A stretch of 64,000 bases of DNA from Botryllus schlosseri. Its lineage: Eukaryota. Where the stretch lies: positions 8,124,001 to 8,188,000 of the forward strand of contig CM119371.1 of NCBI GenBank assembly GCA_051294905.1, written 5' to 3'. Both the position numbers and the translations under genes were made by a program. Under the pieces are notes generated by a model. It was given only the letters and a program-made list of their open reading frames with translations, was not told the origin of the DNA and made no database searches. This document shows, piece by piece, positions 12,159 through 25,960 of the stretch (the first letter of the stretch is position 1; each line of letters begins with the position of its first letter).

Positions 12159-13772
12159 CTACAACTTTATAATTGCGGATGCGTAAATCTTGAAGGCTAG
12201 ATCCACGTTTGGTTCAACTTTATACCATTTGCGGTTCAGTATATCATACTTCTCAATATGATCAGATGTGTCATATTCGCCCACTGCAAAAATCCAGTTT
12301 CCGACGTGATAAGCATCATTACAAGCATGACTAGCATTCATTGATGGCAATGAACTCCACTGCGCTGAAGTAACATCGTAGCATTCAACTTTATTGATGG
12401 CCCCTCCACTCCACCCACCCATCACAAATATATGTTGCTCAACTGCAACAACACTACTACCATATCTTGGATATCTCATAGACTCGAGGTCAACCCACTC
12501 CGACGAGAATGGAGTGAATCTGCATAAGGAAGACATTGTAACACCATCTCGATAGCCGCCGATGCAATAGATGGAATCATTCAATGATGCGAGACTTGCA
12601 TATGCAATTGCATTGGGTTTGTTTCCAAGCACGAGCCACTGGTTTATAGATGGGTCAAATCGTTCCACGCCTACGGTTGCTTTTGGATTACTCCCTCCAA
12701 TAACGAATATTGATCCCGACAAAGGAACTGAGCGGGGAAACATACCATGGTCACAATTCATATCGTTCAACTTTTCCCATTTTGAATCTTTGCGGCGACA
12801 ATTAAGTCGATGGACTGATTTATTCTGACAAAGAACATAGATGTACGAGTCGAGAGATATTGTCCCGAAACGTGTTAAATTATTGAACTTCTCATCATGG
12901 AACTTTTCTACGTTACCGGTCGTGGGATTGAAGGATCGGATACAATCCGAGCTATTGTCAAAGATTATTAATAATTCATCGCTGTGTTTCTCTTTTGTTG
13001 GTTTTACTATTGCTTTCGTAAGATGGCCATTGATCAACTTGTACAACACGAAGTCACTGCTAATAATGGGATGCGTTTCCAACAGATTTTTCAAATATGC
13101 CGGGGACATTTCATCGAACTTGAGCAATTCAAGACACTCATGCAAGTGATGCTTATTCTTTTGATTTTTATCAACCCAATTCAGTGATAACATCAGCTTT
13201 TCTTCCTCAGACAATTCGGATTTTTCCGACCTCATAACGCTGAGAATATCATTCTTTTTAGCATCTCCAAACATCCATTGGTTCGAGATTTCCATGATGT
13301 TATTTTGAAAGAACATTCTGCATTTTGAGGAAACGGAATCCAGTCCATACATTTCAGCAACTCTTCCTATAGAAAAGTAACTCTCAACAGTAATCGATTT
13401 GCCCAAAATATCAGATACTGCGTTTTTCACATCATCCAACTGCATCATAATTGCGACATAAAGGAGATCATTCATCTTTTCGTCCAGTACCTCAAATTTA
13501 CCTGAATATATGAAATCGATGCAATTTTTTACACACTGAGAATCGAAATCTCTGTAAACGACTCTTCCTTCGCGACTCTCTTTTGTGTCATACTTCAACA
13601 TTGCTCTGAAATAATCCGAACCAGCCGACAATACATTTTTGTGGGTGTAATATATATCATCTCCGACTTGAATTATGAAGTCACAATGATCATTGTCTTG
13701 TTTCATTCGATTTAATTCCGCCATCATGTTCACCGCATGATTCTTCACATCTGGACATTCAATCTGATACAT
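12159..13772 (-). CDS. Kelch-like protein (BTB-BACK-Kelch), intronless, 537 aa
   Basis: N-terminal BTB (CDFIIQVGDDIYYTHKNVLSAGSDYFRAML...CIDFIYSG), a BACK region, and C-terminal kelch repeats with GG and W hallmarks (IFVIGG, IYCIGG, IFVMGG, VECYD...W). Confidence 0.93.
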   Translation of the reverse strand: MYQIECPDVKNHAVNMMAELNRMKQDNDHCDFIIQVGDDIYYTHKNVLSAGSDYFRAMLKYDTKESREGRVVYRDFDSQCVKNCIDFIYSGKFEVLDEKMNDLLYVAIMMQLDDVKNAVSDILGKSITVESYFSIGRVAEMYGLDSVSSKCRMFFQNNIMEISNQWMFGDAKKNDILSVMRSEKSELSEEEKLMLSLNWVDKNQKNKHHLHECLELLKFDEMSPAYLKNLLETHPIISSDFVLYKLINGHLTKAIVKPTKEKHSDELLIIFDNSSDCIRSFNPTTGNVEKFHDEKFNNLTRFGTISLDSYIYVLCQNKSVHRLNCRRKDSKWEKLNDMNCDHGMFPRSVPLSGSIFVIGGSNPKATVGVERFDPSINQWLVLGNKPNAIAYASLASLNDSIYCIGGYRDGVTMSSLCRFTPFSSEWVDLESMRYPRYGSSVVAVEQHIFVMGGWSGGAINKVECYDVTSAQWSSLPSMNASHACNDAYHVGNWIFAVGEYDTSDHIEKYDILNRKWYKVEPNVDLAFKIYASAIIKL

Positions 13773-16249
13773 GATAACGATAAACTACAATCTTAAAGGA
13801 CTCTTATTGGAGTAAAGACGATAAGTTGATGTAGGTAATACATGTTGGCTACCAGTATGAATTGACGGAGTAGTTATTATAATTTGAATCTCGATGAAAT
13901 ATTGAACAAAGATTTTCCAATTCTGCTACAGGCAACGGTATGTCGATAATGCGCAAATTTATGTTATATCGTGCTTGGGCGACTATTCTATTTTCTATCA
14001 TAGCTTGACCACGTTATTCCTGTTATCAAATAAGTCATCCCTCTCTATTTGCAGAAGCCCGCACGCCCATTATAATGTTTTATTATATTTACTGGAATAA
14101 GGAAGGTATGAAACACACATTGGGAGACTTTGTCATGAAAACAGCAAAATCATCCTGCAGGTCCGGACGGATAAAGAATCACGCTTTCCTACAGGTTGAT
14201 TACGAATCACAATGGCCGCTAAAGGAATTAACGTACGATTACTGAGCGTGTTCTGATACAATCCATATAATCATTATCAGCGGTTATATTCAGAAGATGA
14301 GCCCAGATAAATCTCTGCTACGTGGGGAGATAAATATTGGCTATAGTCGGTGGTATTAGCCTGCTTGGCTGGTTGACAGTCGCTTACGTGATTGGCATTT
14401 TATTATAGCATGTGTCAAAAGTTATGTTAGTGAATCTTTATCCTACCGGGCTCCAACGGTGTGTTCTCTTCAAAATGCATAATATCGTTTTATTTTGTGT
14501 AGTTCGCAGTGACCCACTGTTTATATTTGGTCATGATGGTAAGCATAGATCGATGGAAATGTTCGATAATGTAATTTCATCCAACAAAAATGGTTCTTTC
14601 CAAATTGAAAGAAGCATCAAAAACTTGATTCCATAATGTTAGTTTATTTTTGTGATCCATCCACACTTTTGTATTCGGTTAATCATCCATTTGATTCTAT
14701 TACTATGACCCAGTGACGTGCGCTGTTTGGAGAGGCACCGACCGCTTTAGAATAAGATTTACAAATATATATACGCAAAAGGCTGGCTGATTCAGTAAGT
14801 GACTTGTTTTCATCACATTAGCACGGTTGTCAAGCACCCTATGCATAAACAATACTACATTTATACAATTATTGGTAAGCATTGATGGAAAATAGGCCTA
14901 TATATGAGATACATCGCTGAGGGAATGTATTTGCTCTGAACTAGCCTACCTCTTGGCCGTCGCAACTGTACGCTTCATTTCATACCAGAAAGTCGGTTTG
15001 CGAAAGTCAATAGCGCATTGTTTCAGTACATGGCGATTGTCGAATTCTTAGCCAACGGCGAGGCAGATTAATATGTGTTCCACTGAGTTGTTGTTTCGTT
15101 TCGCCGTTTTTGTACTCATCAAATCCTAATCCCAACCCCATTGGCGATTATTAGGGTTTCTGGTGCTTTCACATTATTATTATTTTGATTTCGGAATCAG
15201 CGACCCAATAACATTTTGATTAACATTAGTTATTTTTTATTCTGAACCGTGTTTGATGAATTGCGCTATCACAGATGAGACTATATTGGTGAACAATAAA
15301 TATGCAAATTGGGGGATATTTGTTGTAAAAATTGTTAAAAAGTAGTCATTCTAAACATCGATAGAAACTACCAAAATTAGAATCATTGATGTTTTTACAA
15401 TTTTCCCCATCCTAACAACGGGTGAGGCACTGCATCACTTGTCTTCCCTGACTGTAGTCAATACCGTACCTGCTGAGTTGTAAATTAGGCCTAATACGTT
15501 ATACCTTCATTTGAAAAAATAACGGAGATCAAACTGCCTAAGAAATCCATTTCTATGTGTCCAAGACTATACTACCATGGCAAGAACCATTTGATTTCTG
15601 TAAATCATTACTATACCGAATCGTGTGTTTGTCCCGTATCGTTAATATTGGCCGATTCGTCCATATTCGTGATGCGTAGCACAAGTGACATTATAAATCG
15701 AGAATGTCGCCGTCTCGTAAATCATTCCTTATTGCTTATCGCCAAACAAATAGTCTCCTATGTCAATTGGCGTGTTTAGATTATGATGTAGGCTGAGAGA
15801 GTAAAGGACCCACGAAGTAGTTTTGATTCTATCACTTCAACTCGCATGGTCGAAGCAGCCATCAATGGCACTCAAATATAGCTGTAAAGGGTATGGCGTA
15901 AATGTTTACTCGAAGTAGCGATTTTGCACACAAAATGTACAAACCTGTAGTCGAAAACACGAACGTCGGGTCTACATATGATATAACTCAAGTAAGCAGT
16001 TAGACCAATCCAATTGAAATGAATCCTTCATATTTAATGATAAATCGATCGTTTGACGTGGCGTACAGGCTGTGCCGATACCGAGTCAACGTACGTTCGC
16101 CAACCCAGTGTTGCATCAAAATCATTATAGGCTTGACAGTTGCATCATAAAAAAGGCAGTGACTATTTGTCCTATACAGGTCAAATAATTTCTCAGCTTA
16201 TTCGTCTGGCACTGTGTGCCGTGCCCGTAACTGTGCGTTAGGATAAGTT

Positions 16250-16460
16250 GACCGACATATGAGCATGAGACGCAATGAAAGAACGAAATATCAGCATGCG
16301 TCTCTTTGGCGGATTACTTTACAAGCCAAAAATCTACCCCAACCCCACCATAATGCTGATTAGTACCGTTATGTATATATCCCAAATCTTACCCTAACCT
16401 CATTCTGAACCTTACCAGGCCCTGAACCCAAGTGTCACATGCTGATATGCTCATGTGTCC
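16250..16460. mobile_element. small MITE-like remnant with internal CCTAAC/CCCAAC-type repeats
   Basis: Inverted GACATATGAGCAT / ATGCTCATGTGTC ends enclose aatctaccccaacccc and accctaacct-like units. Confidence 0.35.
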
Positions 16461-18541
16461 ACGGACTGCTGGGACAATTTGAAGCTTTTTAGAGACCTCT
16501 GTTGACTGTCATTTATTCACTACCCAGGTCTGGTTTTTGATCTGCCCGTTATATCCTCTGAAATTAGTTGTCGGGTCTGGTATTCAATCAATCGCTAGTC
16601 ATCAATCGCGCAATAGCTAGCGCCCCCGTCAATATCCAATTCTTAATCAGCTCAATCGAGTGGGTGCAGATCTCGCGATTTTATTAGCAGAAGTCTGTAC
16701 TCTAGTCATTACAAGGCTGTAAAACAGGCGCATGACGTACGAAACCACCGCTGTATGATCCATAATGACTGACGTTGGGCCGCATCTGAATAACTCTCCA
16801 GATCTGGGCATCTGCTACATATATGAATAGGTGTCTGGTTCGGGAATACTAACATGACTGACTGACAGATCTGCCGGACGAATAGCCTGAGAAAGTGTCT
16901 ACGTCTAATCGTCGGGTACCGGACGAGTAGACTCCTCCAAAAATAAAAACGAGACAATTCGACATCTAGAACACGATGGACCCTCAGTTCGTTAGAGAAG
17001 TTTGTCGGATCGCCGTGATAATATTAGTAATGTCGTGCGCTCGAGCTCAGTATACCGGCCACTCACATCGTTGCAATAGCTCAGTCGGTGAAGAGTCATA
17101 AAGTCCATAGTTCAATATTGGGTCCCGGCAGTTTTGTTGTTTCAATATTGGGGTTTAGAAGTAGCTTAATTGTAAAGCTTCGTTCAGGCTGTATGTTTAG
17201 TTTTAGCAGTTCGAGAGACAGATGACAAAATGCGAAAAATAACATTTTCAATACAACAAAATTAAAGTTTTTTTGAAAATATAGGTTTTGATAGAAATGT
17301 CAACAGCAATTTAAAGGAGTTTGTATGAAATTTTAAAGCTAACACGCGGCCTGGCAGGATCCTTTTTGCGATGTGATTCGAGATTTTGGAAGAAGGCTTC
17401 GAAAGGCATTGTAAAATGCTGAAATTGATTTAAGTTTAAAAATATTGTTGTTGTTTTCAAAGTTGTGACTTTAATTGTAACGGCATAATTTGTGACATTG
17501 ACTTTATTATGAATCTGGATTACGCATGTGAGGTGCGTATTGGCTGCGTAATTGTTGTATATAAATGAACAGGCTGGATAGTAAACGGTAAACGGTAAAC
17601 GGTTTTAGACCATGCAGAAACATTAAAAAGTAGATTTGATATTTTGAATTTCAAGCAGCGTTTCGCGGGCGGCATTAGGCCCGTGGGCCGCCCTTTGCCC
17701 AGGCCTACCATAACTCATAATATATAACGGAACCACGCCATCTACCAAACTCTAGGAGTTTGATCGAATCCGGTTCCATGAGATGGAATTCGTATCCAGT
17801 TTCCACTTCCGGCTGGCACTCGTCAGGCGTATTTATCTACAACGAGTCAAGATTCGGAAGTAACATTGTATATCAACAATCGTATTACAAAATACGACGT
17901 CACCGGAATGAAATTTCGAATAATAAGGGCGCAGAGAGAAATATTCGGGCTCATTTTAATATGAATATATTATTCAATAGTATATTGAAGCTCTTTCCGT
18001 CCGGGAAGCTCTTTTAACACTATTAATAAACGATGGTCAGAAACAAAATTTACGGAGTAGTTAAATAGCATATGTCTACATACACCTGCGTCAAGTATTC
18101 ATGGACCCGGTCCTATAGGTCTGAATCACTAGGACTGTACTGGCATGATTTCTTAAACATTTGTTCGAACCAAGAGGCTGGGCAACTTACTACAAATATT
18201 ATTGATTTTATCAAATAAGACGCAGCGTTTTGTTATATTTGCATCAATTTTAAGTGATGTTGTCACTTACAGCCCCAGACGATGTATTTACTCAGAACAA
18301 GACTCCAGTAAGTTATTTTTACGACTCCCACTCCAAGGCGTGCTACAGGAATTTCTAGACTACGATTTTATTGAGGGAAAAATTAGCGAAACTCCGAATC
18401 CGACTCCGCAGCCCTGGTGTCGTGTTATAATCTTCGCATTCATATTCGTTTAAAAAATGTCCTAACCTGTCGGCCATGACACCGGCAGAAAATATCTTAT
18501 AATGTGTAGGTCTATCTCTGCAATACATTGATTTGTTATAC

Positions 18542-20986
18542 CAGTGTTCCTCAAACTTTTTTTTTTATCACGTACCACCAATTCATTGTATGCGACGCCG
18601 CGGTACCGCCTAGGGTTACCACATTTTGAGATCCGAAAAAGAGGGCACAGTTTACAAGTAGCAGATTGTATGTTAGCCCGCAGCGCTTCTCAACTTTTTT
18701 CATCTCGTGGACCGGAATAAATTTATTGGGCGAACCGGTGGACCTTCAAAAATTGAAATAAACCCAAAATGTAAAGTATGCAACCAATTTTATGCAAATA
18801 TAGAGAGGTAGTGACATTTTGAGGCTTTTGTTCGTAACGAAATATGTCCATGATGGTATTCATGCTGAGTCAGGTAACACTGCCGACATAAACCTGCCAC
18901 CGTCAACAGTCTACTATACTGTCTGTCGCGCGAAAGGCCGTGGATTTACCGACCACACTAACTCTAAAATAGTCTACTTTAATTGCGATTAGTAATCGTA
19001 ATCGATTACGACGATTACAGCATTTTCAAGTAATCGTAATCGCAATCGATTACATTCGAGAAAATTCAGAAGTAATCGTAATCGTAATCGACTACTTTCC
19101 ATATTTAATCGATTTCTTTGTGAAAGAACGATTACTTTTTATTTGTACAGGACTATGACATAAACTGAACATTCGTGAACAAGGACGAGGTAAACCAGTT
19201 AGCGATAGCACAAACGTCAGATTTTCAAATGCCACTGCTCATTATTACGTCAGAAGTGGCCTATTAGCTTTGCTCGTTATTGCGCAAGAAGTATCCACAC
19301 ATGTGAATAAATATTCGATGTACAATTTGTACATTGGTGTGATTGTAAGAACTCTTGCCGTGCTGTATATCAAGTTATCAATACATTCCAGACGCCACTA
19401 CCTCGCAGAGTACGATAATTAATCGCCACCCTGCCTGGTTTAAAATAGTAACTTATGTATCGATGTTTGTTTATGCTTAGTTAAACGCAGTTTGACCGTT
19501 GCTGCTTGGCGAACAGTAGGCGTATGTAGTACGAACGTACACCGGACAAAGGTTTGCAATTTTGTAGCCTACTTGCCAAATAAAACATTACGGTTTCGAC
19601 GACGAAGCATTAAAAATCAACAGCTGCTGATATATATCATAACAGAGCCGTTTCTCGAAATGGCCGTTTGCATTACATTATCTGTATTAGGTTGAAGTCA
19701 GAATTTTATATTCACTTTCTCTTATTCTGATATGAGTCTGCTTGAATCGGGCGCCAATCGTTGTTTTACTCAACATTTGAACCAGTCGCCATATACAATG
19801 TTAGCGTGGCTTGTAGCTAGAATCAGGACAAAAACAGCAAATCGTCCCCCAATCCAAACGTTGGTATTGGGCCCCAATAGGGTAGTTAATTTTCATGTTG
19901 AAGATTTAAATTCGTCAATAATATTGGTAATTGCATAATATTACTATTAATTTTTTATCCTGTCTCAGTCCACGTTCCTCTCTCAGTCCCCGATAGTCAG
20001 ATTTACCTAAAAAGCTGGGAGCACGTAATTCATAATTATTATAGGGTTACCACATTTTGGAATCGGGAAAGGAGGACACTTTTTCAAAATTTTCAAACTT
20101 AGAATGCCTGTGGAAAATCCTGAAAAAATGGTAAATTTTTTTCCACTACTAGTCGATTGACTAAAAAAAGTTAACGTTCGCTCAACTCGCGAAATACCCG
20201 CCTGGGCGCGAATTCAGTGCAATTTTATCTCGGTTCCATTTCAACTAAGCTTCTATTAGTCACGCCCACCCAACGCGGCTATTGTCAATGGACACATACC
20301 CAAAGTTTCGGCCAATGTCCTTCATTAGTAGCACACTTCGTGGATTCGCATGTTGGCCGAAACTGCATATGTCATTTGGTGTGTCGTGACGCGGTATTGA
20401 CGGGCACCCAAATGCCTGTTACTATAAATTATGCATGCTTCTTTTCTTGGTGAGGAGATGTGGGCTATGTATTTCAAAATCTAGCTATTTAGAGACATTT
20501 AAATCGCGATGTTCGTAGACAATTTCCAAGTTCATGAAATCTCTCGAAAATAGTCTATTATTTGTGTTGGTTTACGAAATACTTTTGAGCCCCCTTCGAA
20601 CTCGCTCCCCATCCCATTAGGAAATTTGAGGTGCTGCAGTTGTGGACCTGGCAAGAATGCAAATCGTTGGGTGCGATAAATCGTCCAATATGAAATGGGC
20701 AATGGGTACTTTATGACGTAACAAGCAAATGCCGCATTTTTTTAAATGAAGGTTGTTATCTCATTAGGCCTTTTCAGCGCAATCCATATATTGTCTTACA
20801 ATACAACTTCCAAGATGCAAAATAATTGTAATCGTGAGTAATCGTGATTACTTTTCCAATGTAATCGTAATCGTAGTCGACTACTTCCTGATTTTGCTGT
20901 AATCGTAATCGTAATCGCAATCGCGTCATTCAGAAGTAATCGTAATCGCAATCGATTACATTCACGAAGTAATCACCCCATGTCTG
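18542..20986. mobile_element. cluster of nested hAT MITE fragments, including a (GTAATC)n-array element
   Basis: Successive termini CAGTGTTCCTCAAAC (18542), TAGGGTTACCACATTTTG (18610 and 20042) and CAGCGCTTCTCAAC (~18680). GTAATC arrays at ~18990-19100 and ~20830-20975 end in CACCCCATGTCTG. Confidence 0.6.
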
Positions 20987-23679
20987 ATTCGACAGTAACA
21001 TAACGCCACGTTACACGCCTAAATTTTAACGGCTGTAAGCCATCTAACAACGGGGAATGTGGATGGCCATGAAATTTGAATTTTTAATTGGGAGTGTCAC
21101 TGCCAATGGAATTCATTTGTCGCCTATGATCAGGAAGAATATATGTATCTGACAACAGTCTTGTCTCTCTGATTATTCAACTTATCGTGCAATTGAAGAT
21201 TTTATGGCGTGCGTTATGCATTCAAAGAAATCACACTTCTAAAGCTGTATTTGCGGGTGAGACTGAATTGTGTATGGGCGTAACTTCTTATTCTAATGAC
21301 TGTCGCATGTATCTGAGAACGGCCTTGTCGATCTGATTAATCAATGTATCGTGCAGCACAAGATTTTTAGGGCGTGCGATATCGGTTCCGATGAATGCGC
21401 GACTGACATAGGTTGCCATGCCAAAATCTATTTTGTTTTCGAAAGTATACAAACTTCGAGTCTATTTTGACGGACTAGATATATATCTTTATGTGGACCC
21501 ATTAACTAATTGAATGTATCGTACGTGTCCCATTCTATAAAAATATATGTTTGACTTACATGAGCAATTATTATCAGACGGTAACATTTTACATGAGTTT
21601 AGAGTAGGGTCCCGAGCTCCTAAATCCATAAATACTGCACTATCTGGGCCGTATAGTTGGACTTGCCTCAACCTCCTTCTCGCGATCAGACTCTCGGAAA
21701 CCTGTTATTCCCCTCCTCACGCTCCCGTGCTCACAATAATTCGTCGGTCAGACTTTCGTTACAGTCAGACTTTCGTTACAGTCAATTTGATTGAAGCGCG
21801 AAATTAAACAATGTAATTTTGTGTTTGCCTTGAAATTGTAATTCATTCATTCCTTTTTCCAAAGGTTTCGAGAACGTTGATTGAATCCATCCCGATTGTA
21901 ATCAGTAGCAATAGCCGCGACCCAAGCTATAACCGAAACCCTTCGGGTTTAACGTAAAGTACGGATTACTACTTGAATACACACTTTCTGAATTTTCATC
22001 ATCTAATGCAGAGGTCTCAAACTCAAATGTGCTCGCGGGCCAATTTCCCACTTTTTTATGACGCCGCGGGCTGCAGCACCAAAAATTGGGGAATTCAATG
22101 TAGGCCTATTTCCAAGTTAGCCTTATTTGACGGGAGCTTGTAGAGACTGACATTCCACAGGCATCGTAAAAATGGGATTTCCTATTGTGAATTCACGTCT
22201 GGCACGAAAAAATATTTTTTTTAGATATTTGAATAAAATTGTTGTGTACTTGGCATAGTTTGTCAAATTATTCAGTTGGAGACACCATGCGAGATAATGA
22301 ATGCATCAGTACATCGTAAAAGCTGTCGCGTTATAATTTAGCAGCTAGCGGACATTTGACCTGGCGCCAGGTAGAATTTTAAAATTTTACAGATATTGAT
22401 CTGATATCAGAGCATTGGAGCAGTACAGCCTAATCTGGGTCTCGGGTATACTCCTGATAACGAGGCTATTGATCATGTCATTACCAAAGTCAAATTAAAT
22501 CAGCGTTAGATCTACCTTCGAATATTTGAACAGATCAATAACAACAACTTGAATATAATGATTACTGTGCCATAGCAATGAAAATGTCCATTCGCCGAAG
22601 AATCCATTTGTGTTACAGCTGTGAAGCGTTGGCTACGACCACTTTATGCGATAATCACATGGATAAACATACCTAAGATGACACCAGGATGTAACCAACT
22701 ATACATGAAGAGGGCAACATAATGCCAATGGTTGCCATAAAGACCTGCCTAGATCTCTAAATAATGCTACGAAACGAAAGCTATATGACCTTTTAATATT
22801 TTACTATTTTCCATACCAGATTGATAGTTTGTTGCGTCCGTGGTTGAACCAATCCACGGCCTTCCGCGTCACACAAGTCTTTTTCTCTGATTGTATCTTT
22901 CGAGGTGACTCAACTCGATCCAGTTTTATTTTATCAACCATTGAGTTCAAGTTCGAGTAATTCTACAAAAGGTCGCGCCCAAGTCCAAATCACAATTTTC
23001 ACTACGAATCATCAACGGGTCATGTTTAACCATGCACCATAAACAAGTAATTTCACGTAATAGTTAATCTTCCACCGCGTCACATCTTTTGAAAGGGACG
23101 TAATAGTGAAGATTGATGAGTAGTTCTGACTTCTGGAGTAGTTTTAGAGCGGATTTTAGGTTCTCAAATTAAAAAAAATTGGTTGTTAAATATTGTCGAA
23201 TACTTCGAAATCCAAAATGCCGTTGCGAGCAGCACAGAATGGTCTCGTGGGCCACATGTGTGTGAGACAGTAGTATTATACACGGGGTTTATACGCCGAC
23301 CAATAGTCATCGAGTATTTGATCACGTGACATCTGTTATCCAATCAGAACGCAGCGCAATGTGGGCGTGGTTCCAATACGAGAGATGTTTTGGTTGTGTG
23401 AGAGATGGCATAGTTCCAGTCCAATAACGCTGATGATTACGTCATTATGATTGGCTTAGGGTTGCACATGATGATTGCGTAGTACGAGAGCGAGAAATGA
23501 CGTTGTCTCAGTCGGCAATTAACATAATAACGTAATTATTACATTTACCGCCGCCGCCGCAGCCACGCCGCTATTAATAAATTGTCGCGACGCACCGCCC
23601 GCCCGCGCGCTAATTTGTCGCGTCATTGCCACCCAGTTGTAAACATTTTCATGATTATTAAAATTTCTTTAGTTTATAG

Positions 23680-25960
23680 ATTATCTTGTGTTGTTCATGA
23701 ATTAGTTTGAAGACGTTCACTGTTTCACTGTTTCACTGTTTCATTGTTTGAAGACGTTCACTGTAATTTATATGATTTCAATGTTTAATAAAAATAGTTT
23801 AAATAAATCTCACAAAGTAATAAGATAAAAATTATTTAATATTGCGAATATCTAATCATTGTGAAATTAGCAATTATCTCATGTTGTTAATGAAAATGAT
23901 CAGCTTACGTTGTTGCACCAAAACAGGATTAAAATAATTTTTAGAGATTGCAGTTTTTAAATATTATTACTTTGTTTCTAACTTTGGAATAATATTTATT
24001 ATATTTTTATTCATTGAAATCATTGTAGCTTATAACGGGTGAACACCTTTTTAATAATATTGTTGCTTTGTGAATATCTTATTGAGTTTAGTTAAATTAT
24101 CGATTATCTATTTCGTGAGTTGAGACATCTATGCCTTGGTCAGAAATATGTGCATGCGTCTTGAAAAGCTAATTAATGGGAATAATTAATAAAAAAATTT
24201 AGTTTATTGAATATCTTGTGTTGTTGATGAATTTGTTTGAAGACGTTCACTGTTATAATCTACATGATTTCAATGATTAATAAAAATAATTGAAATAAAT
24301 CTCACAAAGTAATAATATAAAAATTGGCTAATATTGTGAATATCTAATCATTGTGAAAATAGCAAGTATCTCATGTTGATGAAAAAAATCAGCCTACGTT
24401 GTTAAAGCACCAAAACATGATTTAAATATGTTTTAAATATTCCAGTTTTTAAAAATATTTTTACATTGGTTCTTACTTTGAAATAATAATTATTATATTT
24501 TTTTCATCATTCATTGAAATCATTGTCGGTGAACGGTGAATATCTTTTTAATAATATTGTTGCTTTGTAAATATCCTATTGATTTTAGTTAAATTATCGA
24601 TAATCTTGTGTTGTTGATGAATTAGTTTGTACAAAAGACGTTCACTGTTATAATCTACATGATTTGAATTTTAATAAAACAATTTTCGGTTTATTCGCAA
24701 TCATATGCTCATGTATGCGAAACTGGTATTGCTTTTACGTCGCAAATCAAAAAAGGGATTCTAATATCGAGAAAGTCTGCCAGGATCTCAAGGGAGCTCT
24801 ATGCGTTGTTCTGAACGATTAGTAAATGTCGAGAAAGTATGCCAGGATCTCAAGGGAGCTCTACGCGTTGTTTTGTTGTGAATATGTTATCATTGTGAAA
24901 TTAGCAATTATCTCGTGTTGTTGATGAAAATATTCAGCTTACGTTGTTATAAGCAGCAAAACATGATTTAAATATGCTTAAAATATTCCATTTTTCAAAT
25001 AATATTACTTTGGTTCTAACTTTCGAATAATAATAAATATTATTAATAATATTTTTTCATTATTCATTGAAGTCATTGTAGCTTATAACGGTGAACATCT
25101 TTTGTACAACAAGCTCCAAGTTTAATTAGAATTAGAGCAACACAAAATTCAAACACCTTGCAACTCTCATGAAAGTGCATCGTATCATTACACAATATTA
25201 AACTTCATTCAATAATCAACATTTTATTGTGACTTCATAAATTCGTATTTTGAATTTTTTGTGATGAGATGAGATTGTTTGATATGCAAGTCGCGCATGA
25301 AGCAGATCTGTCCACCCTGTACTATAGTAATGTGTTAAATGTGTACTCAAATGTATATTGTGAATAAGACTAGTTACGGTCCAGCTACCGTGTTTGTTAA
25401 CCCATTGTGAAATGTCTGACGCCATATCTTCACCGTCACACTTGTACTCAACGCGAACGCTATATTGTAGCTTAATTTCTTTACGTAGTACGTGCAAACA
25501 TATGATGTGTCTCTCTCAATTTACTTTCAAAATTCATATGATACAACAGCATGGACTCAGAATGCCACTTGCAACATATGTATATGTATTTGTATGATAA
25601 TATTAGAAACAGCTGGCCTCTATAGGGAATTAACTGAATACATTCTTTGCCGATGGGTAGTGTCGCAGTACCTTACCGTATGCACTACAAAACGCTATCA
25701 TTTTACGGTATTAATGAGACACAAACCGAAGTAAAATTATCAAAAAATTGACTAATATTATGAATATCTTATAATTTTGCGTTAAATTAGCCATTTTCTT
25801 GTGTTGTTATTGTTTCACCATCACTGATTATTCTAATAATATTGTTGCTTTGTGAATATCTTATCAATTTTTTGTTAAATTATCAATTATCTTGTGTTGT
25901 TGATGAAAATAATTCGCTTGTATAAAATACGTTCACTATTATAATCTCCACGATTTCAAT
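23680..25960 (+). repeat. AT-rich subterminal degenerate direct repeats in the left arm (mirrored at ~36665-38945)
   Basis: ATCTTGTGTTGTTGATGAA...ACGTTCACT recurs at ~23681, 24211, 24601 and 25886. A 62-bp tandem duplication lies at 24767-24875. Confidence 0.8.

Noticed and set aside
17070..17135. tRNA gene (TAGCTCAGTCGG A box)
   Set aside because: Only the A box is recognisable and there is no cloverleaf; at most a SINE relic.
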